Source: Octopus vulgaris
Taxonomy: Eukaryota
NCBI GenBank assembly: GCA_951406725.2
Contig: OX597815.1
Location: forward strand, 28,024,001 to 28,088,000
Direction of reading: 5' to 3'
DNA length: 64,000 nt
The notes under the pieces were generated by a model. That model ran no database searches, had not been told where the DNA came from, and saw only the letters and a list, made by a program, of their open reading frames with translations. This document shows, piece after piece, positions 10,353-23,683 of this stretch. Positions within the stretch are counted from its first letter, which is position 1. Each line of letters begins with the position of its first letter. The translations under genes were made by a program, and so were the position numbers.

Positions 10353-13300
10353 CTGAAATGTAAAGAATTACTATTGTTACTTGTAGTCTATGTTGAGGAG
10401 CAGATAATGGTAAGAGAACAAGAAATAAAAATTGCACTCTTACTTGAAGCATTAAAATACATTGAATATTTGGTTCAATGCAAAAGTTTCCTAAAAAATA
10501 TCAACCCAATGGAAGATTAATAAAGTTTAAATCAATTTAATTTTAGTTCATAACCACTACTCTTATTTACTGAGATTAAAAATACTGAGCCATCACTGTA
10601 GAGCTGTTGCAGAGTTATTGTCACTGTTGTGAGAAGTTAATGTTAGAATTTCAGACATAGTAATATTCCTATTACTTCAAAACCAGTGATAAAATTATAA
10701 TAAAGTAGGAAATTAAGGAATCATTAAACTAAACATATGCCACAAGATTTAAGAAATCAATGTTTTCGTTCCTATTTTTCAAAGTAAAAATAATATAACA
10801 GCAAATAATGATAGCTCAATATTTCTAGCAAGAAATATGGTTTTGTACCATCAACAAGTTCCAGACAAACATTGAAATATTTTGCTTTGAAATTTCAACA
10901 TTAATATATATCATGTTTTCTTCAGGACACAATGTAGTTTCACAAACAGTTGGATTTAAAATATTAGTTTAATATCAACTGAGCTGTGTTCTATGTTAAA
11001 GTATTTATAAAGAAGTATTGTGATAAAGAAGTATTGTGAAATAACTAAACATAGTAAACTAGATTAGTAAACTATATACATATATTAGTATTTTTTCCTA
11101 AAAATATAAATTATACTAGAAACAGTTGCAGCTATATGAAACATGGAGACAATGTTGCAGCTTAAAGGCAGAAGCAGTACACCAATGTTTGATATCAGAT
11201 TGAAGTGTCTAAAACACCATGTCCAGAGTAGAGAAGACAAAAAGCATATTAGACAGTGCATTAGTTTTCTTATTACTCTTGAGGGGCAGGGTAACATAAA
11301 AGTATCTAACTACTGAAACATTAGCTATATCAATATATACAGTTATACACGTTGATATGTAAGCATATAAAAGTTAACAATTTTAGAAACATTCTATTAA
11401 ATTCATCTCTTTATCAACATATATTTAAACAAGTTTTACTCTTTTGTTTTTTATACATTTTAACGCATTTTATGATTTTTATGATTAAAAAATTTACAAA
11501 ATTTTAAAGACTAATGACAATTCAAAATATTATTCATTTGGAGAAATTTTCAGACATTTGTTTTTTTTAATGAGAAATCTAGATATATTAAAAATACTTT
11601 TTGTTTTACATGCTTTATCAAATTGTCAGAATAATATGAAATAAAAATAATTTTCCATACTAAATGGATCTTTTCAAATTATTTTAATTGTGGTATATAT
11701 ATATATATATATGTTATATGTTTATATATACATATATTAAGCAATATTAGGAAAAGTTTTGTGCAAAAGTTGATATCATGCTTAATAATTAATAATGGTA
11801 AAAAGAAAACAAAAAAATGATTGTGCAATGTCAGTGAATTAAGAAATTCTTAAAATAATCACATTATTTTGGCATTCAAATAACCAAAGCATTTCTTAAT
11901 GTTCATGCCTGTTGAGGCCAGAGACAGTCAATTCAAAGACAAAACATGCCTGTCTTGAACCACAGTGTTAATAAATCAGATTGATTGATGCACTGATATG
12001 TGTTGAATAATTTCATTTGTAATAATGCTTTGCTATTAAAATTGAACAAAATTCCATGCAAATTCTGTTTTGAAAAAGAATTAGATATTTTGTATCTATA
12101 TTCTTGTCGTTTGTGCATTTTTTTTTTGGTGTGTTTGTTCATTGACATGAAACATATTTTCATTTAAAATACAATTATTTTGAAACACACTACTTATTGG
12201 ATTGGTTTTTATATTTGATTTTGTTGATACTAATTATAAAATTGATGCAGAACAGGCACATGAGTGGGAGAAATGACTAAAAAAGATTAGAGAAATGTTT
12301 GATACAGAATGGTTTTTGGTATTTTCAAGGATTTAGAAGAAACTTTACAAAAATCTGATTCAAAGGAAATATAGAATCAGTTGTCTCAAAATAACAGACT
12401 AATCAAACATAACACCTCATCATACTCCTTCAGGATGTTCTTATTTCTAGGTATATGAACAATGTGACTTCAGGAAAACTACTGTAACCAAGATCAAAAT
12501 GAGGTTATGAACTTGACATGCTATAACTTCACCTCTTTTGTTTTAAGCAAGCTTCTAGTTCAGGATTGATATTTTTTATAGTAATCCACAGGATGTTTCC
12601 AGCATTACTAGCAAACAAAACAATCAGTTTTTATACAGTGCTCTTATTTCTTACAATATTAAACTATAACTCCACAGATTCATTGTGTAGCATTAGTAGC
12701 AGAATAAGAGTAGTGATTCATTGATCAATAAATCAACACTTTAATAACTTTAATAACTTAACTAGTTTTGACTAGTATGTACCTACTAAATAACAAAGAC
12801 TGCCAACAGAAAAGGTTAGGGAAATTTGTCACACCTAAACCCTTCATAGTAAAATGTTTCATGTTGTAGCAAAATATAAGAAGTATATATTTGTAGCTTA
12901 ATCTTTGTCTAAAATTCTATAATTATAGAACTGAGTGATTATAGTAATTAACAACAGTATAGCTAGCTCTGTGGCTAAAACAGCTGGGTATTGTATTTTC
13001 ACTATATAATGGCCAGATAATAAACTTAGGCAAAATGCGAAACGACTTTTTAAATTGCTTCCTGTCTTAAATTTCCAAATCCTCTATTGATATGTACATA
13101 GCTGATGTTGTTAAGAATGATGAAACATTTATAGATAATATAACAAAATCTAAATCTTGTAGAATGATTAATGTTTAGCTACAATTTTAAATTAAAAATT
13201 AGTAGATAAAACTGAAATGGTTTGTATTCATTAAATTATTGAGCAGTGAGCGCAATATATACCAGCAAACTAAATGTTGAGCACAAAATAGTTCCTAGTA

Positions 13301-13738
13301 GGTTCAATCTTCAACACGAATTTAAAAGACACCTGTAATTATTTCATTTCATTTACATTACTGTTTCTTAAAAAAAAGAAAAAAGAAGGTATGAACATCT
13401 CATGATATCGTTTCCTCTTCTCTGAATCTGAGACTCGTTGCTTTTGTAAGAAATGTTTATTGACTCTTTAACAGTCACCTCATGTTTGAAACTTTCAATG
13501 TAATCTATAATTTATACTTTACACGAATTATACTTAGTGAAGACCTTCAAACTACATTAACAAAATATTCTAATCTTTTCCTCATACATCTGAATCTTTT
13601 CCTCATACATACTTACATACATACGCTCGTACACACATTTTCAATCTAAAATGAGTATAAAATAAACAATAAAAGTAACAAAAAGAAAACTTCTCTTCGT
13701 TCTGTGCCATCTTGTCTATGAGGCTCGGTATAATGAAA

Positions 13739-14121
13739 TTTAACTTCATGACTTCTTCATGTGTCCTACATGGTCCTCCTCTTCCATGTTTTCCTTCTAA
13801 TATTAGCACATAGAACCTTTTTGCTTATAGCAAATACTCATAATTTATTATCATTCATTCCAACACAATACACAGCTAAAAGAAAATAAATTCATTTCTC
13901 TCAATCTTTGCAGATCTTCTACATTCTGGTTTAACTTCATGACTTCTTCATGTGTCCTACATGGTCCTCCTCTTCCATGTTTTCCTTCTAATATTAGCAC
14001 ATAGAACCTTTTTGCTTATAGCAAATACTCATAATTTATTATCATTCATTCCAACACAATACACAGCTAAAAGAAAATAAATTCATTTCTCTCAATCTTT
14101 GCAGATCTTCTACATTCTGGT
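13739..14121. repeat. Perfect 191-bp tandem duplication (13739-13929 and 13930-14120)
   Basis: The two copies look identical by eye, with a 1-bp T overlap at the junction. Confidence 0.95.
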
Positions 14122-14764
14122 ATCCATTTTTCATTACCATGAAGCTTTATACTTATTACATATGCTTCATACAAATAGGAAAGAACATTTTGTAATTTTT
14201 CTTGTTAGTTTGAAAATGAAAATTAGCGGGAGTTATTCGTATATCACAAAAATGTCGAAAAAGACTGAGAAATATCTGTCAGAAATCATAAACACATTGT
14301 CTGAGAGAAATAAAAGCTAAAAATTTTGCAGAGAAAGTTTAGTATGAAAACTTAGTGTATGAAGAGGATTATGGTAATGGTTGGGTATCATAACATTTCA
14401 GAGATATTGCTTGCTATTTAACTCCAGGTCAGTCCAAAATAAGTAAAGCTATGATTAAAGGCATTTAAAGCCTAATCAACCTCATCTTTAGATATACTTT
14501 ATCTCAGACTACAATATCCAACATGTCTTTCTTTTATCAAAGATTGAAGAGTGTAATTTAAATGTAATTTGGTTGCAATTTTTGGCAGATTGAACAACTC
14601 TATAGAGGCTCCTTCACTGGACTGGCTCTTAGATATTGATTTGATATTTTGGTATAAGTCTACACAGATATAATAGTAATTCAGTCATTGAATTGACTCC
14701 TGTATTTGATTGTGATTTATTTTATAGATCCCAGAGTTTGATGCTGCTGCTGCTTGTTTGTTTG

Positions 14765-15125
14765 TTGAGTGAAGTGGTCTTCATCCAGTAGTGGGAGAAG
14801 TCCGAAACATGGTACTTTGCTATTCGTAAGACCCGCAGAAGAGAAAGCAGGTCAACCCCCAACACCGAGAGCATCGACGGATGGATGAATGCACATCCAG
14901 GCTCAGTGGTTGCATAGGAAGTTGGGGACAAGAAACAGGAAGAAAGAGTGAGAGAAAGTTGGAGCGAAAGAGTACAACAGGGGTCGCCACCACCCCCTCT
15001 TGGAGCCTCGTGGAGCTTTAGGTGTTTTCGCTCAATAAACACACACAACGCCTGGTCTAGGAATCGAAACTGCGATCCTCCGACCACAAGTCCGCTGCCT
15101 TAACTATTGGGCCATTGTGCCTCCA
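14765..15125 (-). mobile_element. tRNA-derived SINE of a third family, relatively young
   Basis: Minus-strand head ggcacaatggcccaatagttaaggcagcggacttgtggtcggaggatcgcagtttcgattcc has A/B boxes and retains CpGs. Confidence 0.85.
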
Positions 15126-16310
15126 CTGCTGCTGCTGCTGATGGTGTGTGTGTGTATGTGTGTGTGTGTTTTATTAAAACTGTGAATTTATTTTATTGGA
15201 CATTCAGCTTTAATGAAACATGTCCACACACAATATCAACACTGAGTGTTCTATTCAAAGTGGTAAATCCAGGACATATACATGTATTATTTTGATTACA
15301 GGTATATAGAGATGAAGTTAAAAGATGAGATAGAAAGATAGATAGATCCAGGGACAGAGAGAGAGAGAGAGGAAAAGGGGAAAGGAGAAAGAAAAGAAAG
15401 AACTTTTATTAGATGCATGGTGAGTCCTCCATCTGAATGTATGAAACATTGAAGAACTTTAGTTGCCTGAAGAATTCCTGGCTGCTTCATAATACTGAAT
15501 GTATGAAATTCATAAATAGAAAGTCTTAAGCTTGTGCTTAAGAGGTGTACTTAATTATTAATTACATAAGAGCTTGTATTGGGTAAGTGTACACTTATTT
15601 ATAGCATGTACAAATATGTGTGTGTGTGTATGCATGTGTGTGTGTGTGTGAGTGTGCGTTCATGCATAGTTGAGTAGGCAAATAGAAGCAGTGCAGTTAA
15701 GTAACACTTCAGAATAGTTAAGAACTCACAGATTAGTTTTTTTTCCCAACAGGCCACTCTAGTACCTAGTAACTCTAAAAGCAATCTATCTGAGATATAA
15801 AACTTTCAGACTAAGTCTGTAGATAGATATATCTATAAATATATATATGTTAGATAGAAAGGAGTTAGATTTATATTGGAGGAAGGGTTACAATCATGTA
15901 ACAAGAATATTCTTTAAGAAATGCTCCACACCTAAGCAGCCTTGATTGTAAGGCTTCATACTAAAAGAAAGAGGAAAAAAAAACACACAAAAAAAAAACA
16001 TAAATAGCTATTGGAAAGGAAAAGAGAAGAGCAAAAATCTTCAAAGCATATATATTTTAAGTACTATTGTCCAAGGCTAGATGCTGATCTGCAGACAGCA
16101 ATATTCATAAAAACATACATATCATTGCAGGCTGAAAGAATGGAATTCAAGAAGAAGAAGAAGAAAAATTTGAAAAGGTAAAAAGAACACACACGCGCAC
16201 ACACACACAAAAGTGAAAGTAAATTGGTGGGTGTGGTTTGGATAAAAAAAAAAAAGAAGGAAAAAATGAGGTAGAAGATGCAGCATAAACATTAAGCTGA
16301 AATTAATTAC

Positions 16311-16400
16311 ATCGCTAGCCGTGATCCCTTAGGTGGCTGTTCAGAAATTGCCAGCATTCTATCATCACCTTCCTCGACATCTTCCAGAATTTTCGAGTAG
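16311..16400 (-). CDS. slo: 90-nt symmetric coding exon (phase 2-2): YSKILEDVEEGDDRMLAISEQPPKGSRLA(M/I)
   Basis: Minus strand reads ggttttctgtgttacag|CTACTCG...TAGCGAT|gtaatt. Only the phase-2 frame is open, and the exon is GC/CpG-rich relative to its flanks. Confidence 0.7.
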
Positions 16401-16499
16401 CTGTAACACAGAAAACCGACCTCTAATGTAACATGGCATGCAGGGATGTATATATGTATACACTTTTTCTATTTATGAGTAACTTGAAAACATTACATA

Positions 16500-16654
16500 T
16501 GTATGTATGTATGTATGTGTGCGTTTGTGTGTGCATGTATCGTATATCTTATTCTAAATTTATATATATATATATGTATATATATATATAAATATAGATG
16601 TGCATACATATATGTATATAAACATGTGCATGTCTGTCTGTATGTACACACATA

Positions 16655-16709
<55 letters not shown>

Positions 16710-16712
16710 GTG
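16500..16712. repeat. Compound (TA)n/(ATGT)n microsatellite
   Basis: Direct inspection. Confidence 0.95.
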
Positions 16713-16982
16713 TTGTTTGATCATTTATTCTAAATATGCGTTTTGATGCTTTCATGGGGTAGATGAATATGTTATTTGAGGCATATCGTTTTACAGCTGG
16801 ATGCACTTCCTGATGCTAACCCTTTCAAGTAAGGGACCTCTTATTCCACACAACTTCGAAGACACAAAGTGACTGGACAATTTATTGACAAGGGAAACTG
16901 ATAACAAAACCACTCACTGAAGTTTGTACAAATGAACACAGATGTAAAATAAGCACACAGACCTTCAAGCATGAACACGCAT

Positions 16983-17021
<39 letters not shown>

Positions 17022-17579
17022 GATATGTACACATGATGGTTGTTCAGTTTCCAGCAACCAAATCCATTCACATGGCTTTGGTTGGCCTGGATATTGAACT
17101 ATATAGTATTCATTCTCTGGCTACTATATTTTAAGAACATCCCTCATCACTGCTGATTATGTAATCACTGAGGTAACAGAATCTCTGCTACTTCAAAGAA
17201 TCTTTTTTGACATTTGGGAAAATTTATTTCTCATGTGCTCTTCATGTTCATTGCTCTTGCACATCTACCACACACAAGGCCTATTTTCTCTGTTAACCTG
17301 CCAGTTATTTTCTTATACCTCTTGTGTGTTCATAGTTTGTATTGAGTACATTTTCCTACATACTGAGTAAAGCCATTTCCCATAGGGAAATAAGTTCCTG
17401 CCTGTTTTCCCAGTGAGTAAAACTTTAACCATTGCTAGGTCAACTTTGAAACACATTAATTCTAGGGTTTGCTTCTTTATCTGGAATTTCTTTTCTAATT
17501 CATAGTTTTAGCATGGCTGGCTTCAGCTATTTCGTTTTTGGATTTGTTTTTTCAAGATTCTTTATATGAGTTCGTGTGT

Positions 17580-17844
17580 TGAAGCATATTCCGTTGTGTC
17601 TGGGGAGAGTCATTTTCTTTTTGTGCCTTATAATGTAACACACTCACCGGGAAAATTTCCACTTTTTCCTTATTTTTATTTTACTAAAATTTTCGTTGCG
17701 TCACTATTGAAAAGGTTGCAAGACGCAACAAAAATTTTAGGAAAATAAAAATAAGAAAAAAGTGGACATTTTACCGGTGAGTGTGTTACATTATAAGACA
17801 CAAAAAGAAAATGACTCTCCCCAGACACAACAGAAATGGCTTCA
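17580..17844. mobile_element. Foldback/MITE-like palindrome with arms of about 120 bp and a 19-bp loop
   Basis: 17580-17702 is the near-exact reverse complement of 17722-17844; both strands give similar ORFs. Confidence 0.9.
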
Positions 17845-17864
17845 GCTAGTTTTGCAAAGACTGT

Positions 17865-20350
17865 TCTAATTGTCATGGGGTGGTGTGATGGTCTATGTTC
17901 ACTCAAACTTGTCAGCAATTTCTTGTGATGATTTGAAGCCTATGCAACAAGAGGTGATTTTCTGTGACATTAATATGAGCACATCAACATTCCAACTTGG
18001 AGTTGCTTACTGTCACCTAAACTACAATAAAAGCACACAACTTTTTGACATCCTCAGAGCTGCATCTAGGAAATCAGTCACCTATCTTTTCATCATTGGT
18101 GACTTTGATTACTGAGAAATTGACTGGGAAACTTTTCACAGCCGAGAAAGAGCAAATTTCTTTGATTGAGTGTTAGATTCAAACTGGTCCCATTTAGTTA
18201 TTATTCCTACAAAAGGTAACAACACTTTGGATCAGCTATTCATTTCTATTCAAGAAACTTTTAAATGACTCAAAACATGCTATAACTATTGCCAATCTGT
18301 CTCTTATGGGCAGAAAGAAAAGCCATCGTCATCTCCAAATTACTCATTTTGTATGGAACAAAGGTGACTAGAATTTTTGTTGTACTGAGTTACAGTACCC
18401 AAACTGGCTTGTATTTTATAATTCCAGATGTCGGTTCTAACCTTCAATACATTCTTTATTTCAGTCTGGGCTGGGCTGCAGGCAAAGCATCAGTATTATG
18501 TAAATACATTAGAATCTCTCAAAAGTGCAATATGGGAGATTGCAGTGGTCTGCCTTGCCAGGAGAGAATGAGTGGATGCTGAACATAAATACAGGTTTGC
18601 AAACAGGGGATAATAAAGATGCAAAGTATGTCCAATCATATCAAGTGACTAAAAGGTTCTTCAATTTGAAGAACACAGAGCAACCAACCCAGAGAGTAAA
18701 CTGTGCTGGGAATATGTACATTCAAAACAGAGACCTCATTTTCCAGTAGCTCTCTTTGCAATCCCTATTTAAGTTAGGTTACTGATGAACTTAAAGAGCA
18801 TCCAAAACTTGTTGCTGAATGTTATGCTGGCATTTTTATTGTTGAAAATTCAAATGTATCCTCTTCACTGCTATGGAAGTCAAATTCCTTGATATCTGTA
18901 GAATTGACTCCTGCAATGTGATGCCACCTTAAATGTATGTACAACTATATTTCCCCTATTTTTGACAGTGTTACAGTCTATCTACTTTTCTATCTATCTA
19001 CTTATCTACTTTTCAAATACAGCAGGCACTTCCTGCTCACCAGCTTTCTTTAATTTTCCAAGTAACTTTGTTACCCAAGAACAGTGGAAAAGAGTCAATA
19101 ATATCCCCTGGTCCAAAAAAAGTTACTACACATCAATTGTCAATTACCATCCAATCACTCTCACAATCTGTATTGCCAAATTAATGGAGTCCTGTATCAG
19201 AATGACACTTGAATCACTGGAATTCTCATAACTTTATTTATTTCTCACAATTTTGATTTATCTCTAACTCCATCTGCTGTGACCAACTCAACGAATTTCT
19301 TGAAGACATCACCTGAATAACAGATGCCAGCTCATGGAAGTATGTTATCTATCTTCATTTCACCAAAGCCTTTAATTCAACACCACACAAACAGACAGCT
19401 TATGGTGAAGCTCTCTGCAATGGACTGAAGTCCGAAATTATTGGTTGAAAAGAGGTAGTTACTGTACTAGAACAACATTTTGCACATTATGGAATGACAT
19501 CTGGCAGCCCAGAGGAATCTGTTCTTGGTTTCCTGTTATCTGTGCATACATTAATGAAATAGATGCTGGCTAGAAACATGTTACTCAGTTAAAATACACA
19601 GATGACATTATGCTGTATCTTAAGAGAAAAAGAACAGATCTTAAGACTATAGATCTTTCCTGCAATATGATCAGGATACAATGTAGCAATGGATTGTTGA
19701 TTGGCAACTTAAGTTAGTTGTAGAAAAGTGCAGCACTATACATTTTGGGAATAAAAGGCTAGAATTTACATACTTCCTACATAACATTAACTTTAAAGCA
19801 ATCTGCTGGTGAATGTGACTTCGGCATTATTGTCAACAAAGGTTTCTTGGCATCACTCAGTAAAACCTTTGTCAAACACTCACCAGCTATCTAAGCTATC
19901 TTTTTAAAGCTTTATATGGCTATGATATGTCCACACTCAGTTTTGTCAAGTATGGAAAACTCACCTTGTCCAAAATACTGACCTAATGGAAGTTGATCAG
20001 AGATGTGCAACAAGATGAATACCTTCTGTCAAGTCACTTACCATAACTTGAATGTATTGGCTCTCTGAACATCAACACTCTAAAGATTCGATGTCTAGCT
20101 GAGTTGATAGAAATCCAACAACTTTGTTCATCTTTTTGAATTCAATATCTCTATCACTTGTAGGCATGCTAATAATATCAAGAACAACACAGTATCCATG
20201 ACTTGCAGAAACACTTTTTTCACAGCCAGAATTAATTTTTAGCAAATATTTTGTCGGAGCTGGACATTGAAAGAATTCCATTCTTTCTTTCTCTAGCTCT
20301 GATGAAATATTTGCAAAAAATTATAATAGAATATCCTGTCTGTTGAAAAT
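17865..20350 (+). mobile_element. Decayed CR1/jockey-group LINE ORF2 (APE endonuclease and RT)
   Basis: GGVMVYV, IIGDFDY, NYHPITLTICIAKLMES, VIYLHFTKAFNS, TSGSPEESVLG and KYTDDI motifs occur in order, with many stops and frameshifts. Confidence 0.85.
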
Positions 20351-22250
20351 CTATATTTTTGCAACTGAGGTTGGCAGTGTGTTTCAAATTGATGCAACGT
20401 TGGCATTGTTTGATTAAATGGAGCCACCTGAAATGGCCATATTGCATGATATATGTACATGTATACACACATATATAGGTATATATATAATTAATAATAA
20501 GTGCATTATAATATATATAATGTCTACACTCACATGTGCATGTACACACAACACATAACATACATACATACATATAGTTACTGGAAGAGAACTCAATGAA
20601 GCAGTATGAGAATATGTTGAAACATGTAATGCCTGATGTCCTTTTTTCTCTTTCTTCTTGCTCTTCCTTTTTTAAATCTAATTCCAAGTATCATGAACTA
20701 AGTGACTTATACTAAATCAGGCATGTGAAGGGTGATGGTACCATAAATGGACTTACAAACAATATGCATTTTCATATTACAATTCAAATGACTGTCACAT
20801 AAATACTAGTATAAATAACCTTTCTAAGTAATTTTGTTTACACCTAAAATATGTTTGCTGAACATACATACTTTTTAACCTGTATAAATTCTCTTTTATT
20901 CCAAGCATGTCCAATGTTAATTTGAACAAATGCTAGAATGATAATCTGTTGCTACTATGAGTATTATTTTAACTATTGTTTCGTTTGCATATCATTAATA
21001 TTACAGCTTTTTTACTTATTGATACTGATAACATATCATCAACAAAATAATGTATTGTATCTCATATTATGATCTTAGGGTATTGTTGTAGTATCTTTTA
21101 ATTTAGTAAGTGGAGTAAGTGAATAGAGTAATTCAGACTAGTTTAGCAAGATATATGAATAACTGTCATTGTTTCAATTAAGTTTTGTATAATTAAGTGA
21201 CCTATTATCATTATATCAGTTATGCATGTGTATATGTGTTATTTGCTTGTTTATTTATATATTTTATATTCCGGGTTATATATGTATATTTTGTGTATAC
21301 ATTAGGTGTCTAATTGTAAGTATGCAGTCAGTTGTATTGTCTGTGCAAGTGTGTTATGGGTGTGGGTAAATCTGCAGCAGAGTGTATGTATGTTAGTAAC
21401 TATTCTTGTGTATTGTTGTTGGAATCTATTTATCACATATGTATTTGTTTCACACTATAAATCTATACTTGAAGTTAATCATCTTTGTTAAACCTTGACA
21501 AGAACTCCTTTTATGAAACCTTACGGTCTACTTTAACTACCTCAATTGGGCTGTAACCCAAATAACCTTGAACTTATTATTAATATAGTTTTAAATTTTT
21601 TATTGCTTAATATATTCATAACCTGACACCCTTTAACTGGATGTATCTCGTGTCAACCTGACCTATTTGGTTATTAAATTTTTTTTAAACTTTTAATTAA
21701 CACACACACACACGTATATATGTAAGTATGTATGTGTGATATATATGTACACATATGTATAATGGTTCATCCATAAGATTTGGCAATGATCAAGTAACTG
21801 CCAAAAGTTAATTAATAAATAAAAGAATGAAGAAAGAAATAAAGAAGGAAACAAAAATACCTAACATTATTAAGTTATGTCTATTGGTGATCACTGAAGA
21901 AAATGACTTCAGCTGCACAGAACCTCAGCTGGTATGCATCAAGCAGGTTACCAGAGAATCACAACAACTCCTAAGTGTACTCCACCTTTCACACATCTAA
22001 AGCTAAAATGTAAAGGAGGTAGCAGTATTTAATTGTCACAAAACTGTGATTCTTCCATGGCTTCAATGAAAAGTCTACCATCTGTGACTCCAAGTGGTTT
22101 CAGCCATTGATGATCAATGAAGACCATGGCTAGCTGTATGGTACTTTAACAAGAGATGCAGTTGTGTGTGTGTATGTGTGTGTGAGACAGGGAGCAGAAA
22201 ACCACGACTACTCCAACCTATACCATACCTTTATTGTGGTGGTATTTTAA

Positions 22251-22485
22251 CGCGGCGAGCTGGCAGAATCATTAGCACGCCGGGTGAAATGTTTAGCGGT
22301 ATTTCATCTGCTACTACGTTCTGAGTTCAAATTCCGGTGAGGACGACTTTGCCTTTCATTCTTTTGGGGTCGATAAATTAAGTACCAGTTACGCACTGGG
22401 GTCGATGTAATCGACTTAATCCATTTGTCTCTCCTTGTTTGTCCTCTCTGTGTTTAGTCTCTTGTGGGTAGTAAAGAAATAGGTA
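22251..22485 (+). mobile_element. Near full-length tRNA-derived SINE (Meta-like core)
   Basis: gcggcgagctggcagaatcattagc...ttctgagttcaaattcc...gactttgcctttcattcttttggggtcgataaattaagtaccag. Confidence 0.9.
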
Positions 22486-23485
22486 TTTTAATGTGGAAAG
22501 TGTGTGGAATAGTAGAACCTCAACAACAAAACTATTTGATGTTTAGTTGGTAGTCTGTCAAGTATGTGCCACACAGTTTTATTCACTAGATGTAGATGTT
22601 TGAGTAGTGCAAGGTTTCTTTAAAGTGAGAAAGAGCTGCATGCACATCAGACTCGCTCTCTTGCTCTCACACAATAAGCCGTGAGGCAAAATAAAGTCAA
22701 GACAGCTCAGCTTGTTTGAGAATGCAGGAGATTGCCAAACTGGCTGAGGGGTTCACCAGATATTGCAGCACCACCTAACTTGATGTATGTCCAGGCCGTA
22801 AAATATCATTCCAGATGTTTGCCCTACATCATGGCTTCTTGCCCAGCACAATATTAGTATGTCGCCGCCTGTACCAGTTGCCTCCACTGGCATGATGCCA
22901 CAAACTTTGAAGATGTGGAGGTGAAGGTTACTTATTTCTTCTGCATTTCATGTAAACAAAACAGCAACATGCTACAAACATACATATATTTAACATGTGA
23001 ATGTAGATATTATTGGATGGCCATTGACTCAACTGAGTTAATCCACCTTTATACAAAATATTATACACGTATCTCTCTCTGAAACTGGACTCTCTTAAAA
23101 TAGATTTCCTTCAAGGATTCAACACTCGAATTAAAATCTTATAGTTGATTAATAATGATAGATTCCATTTGTGCTTATAAACTCTAAAATATATCCATCT
23201 TCAGAAACAAATGAGTGGAACACATTTGAATTAAAACCATCTTTTACTGTCTGGTGTTTTTCTTGAATATTCTCAATGAGGATGCTATGCAATCATCTTG
23301 GTATATGAAAACTACTACACTCACTAATAGAATTTAATTTTATTTGACTGCCTCTCTGCATTTTTCATAACCCCCTGACAGTATGTGAAAACATTCAGAA
23401 TGGTTATAGACAACTCAAGACCTGTTAGTTTAGGTGCACTGAATATGTTGTTTGCTTACAAACATTTAATGAATAGAAAACATAA

Positions 23486-23683
23486 TCATTCAAAAACACA
23501 TAAAAACTGTTAACTACACTAACATATTTATTATTTGGTACCAAAATTTTCGTTGCACTCACTGCAAACTGGAGGTGTGGAACTGTGTCAGTGACCAGAT
23601 CACAGTTAGTGTGGTGAAAATTTTGACACCAAATAATAAATGTTTAAATGAAAATAACAGTTTTTTTGTGTGTTTTTGAATGA
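23486..23683. mobile_element. Imperfect palindrome / MITE-like element
   Basis: The arm tcattcaaaaacacataaaaactgtta...atttggtaccaaaattttc and its reverse complement flank a spacer of about 50 bp. Confidence 0.8.

Noticed and set aside
13603-13809. 68-aa minus-strand ORF with a caagATGGC start-like context
   Set aside because: There is no recognisable domain or good donor, and it runs into a simple repeat.
15730-15774. Minus-strand 45-nt exon with a gtgagt donor
   Set aside because: It is open only in phase 1 and has a stop in the phase 2 required at this position. At most it is a poison exon, and nothing supports that.
21880-22930. GC-richer blocks with RTE-like words (LLDAYQLR, QWRQLVQAATY*) on the minus strand
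   Set aside because: Probably old LINE debris, but the motif order is inconsistent and no exon borders fit.
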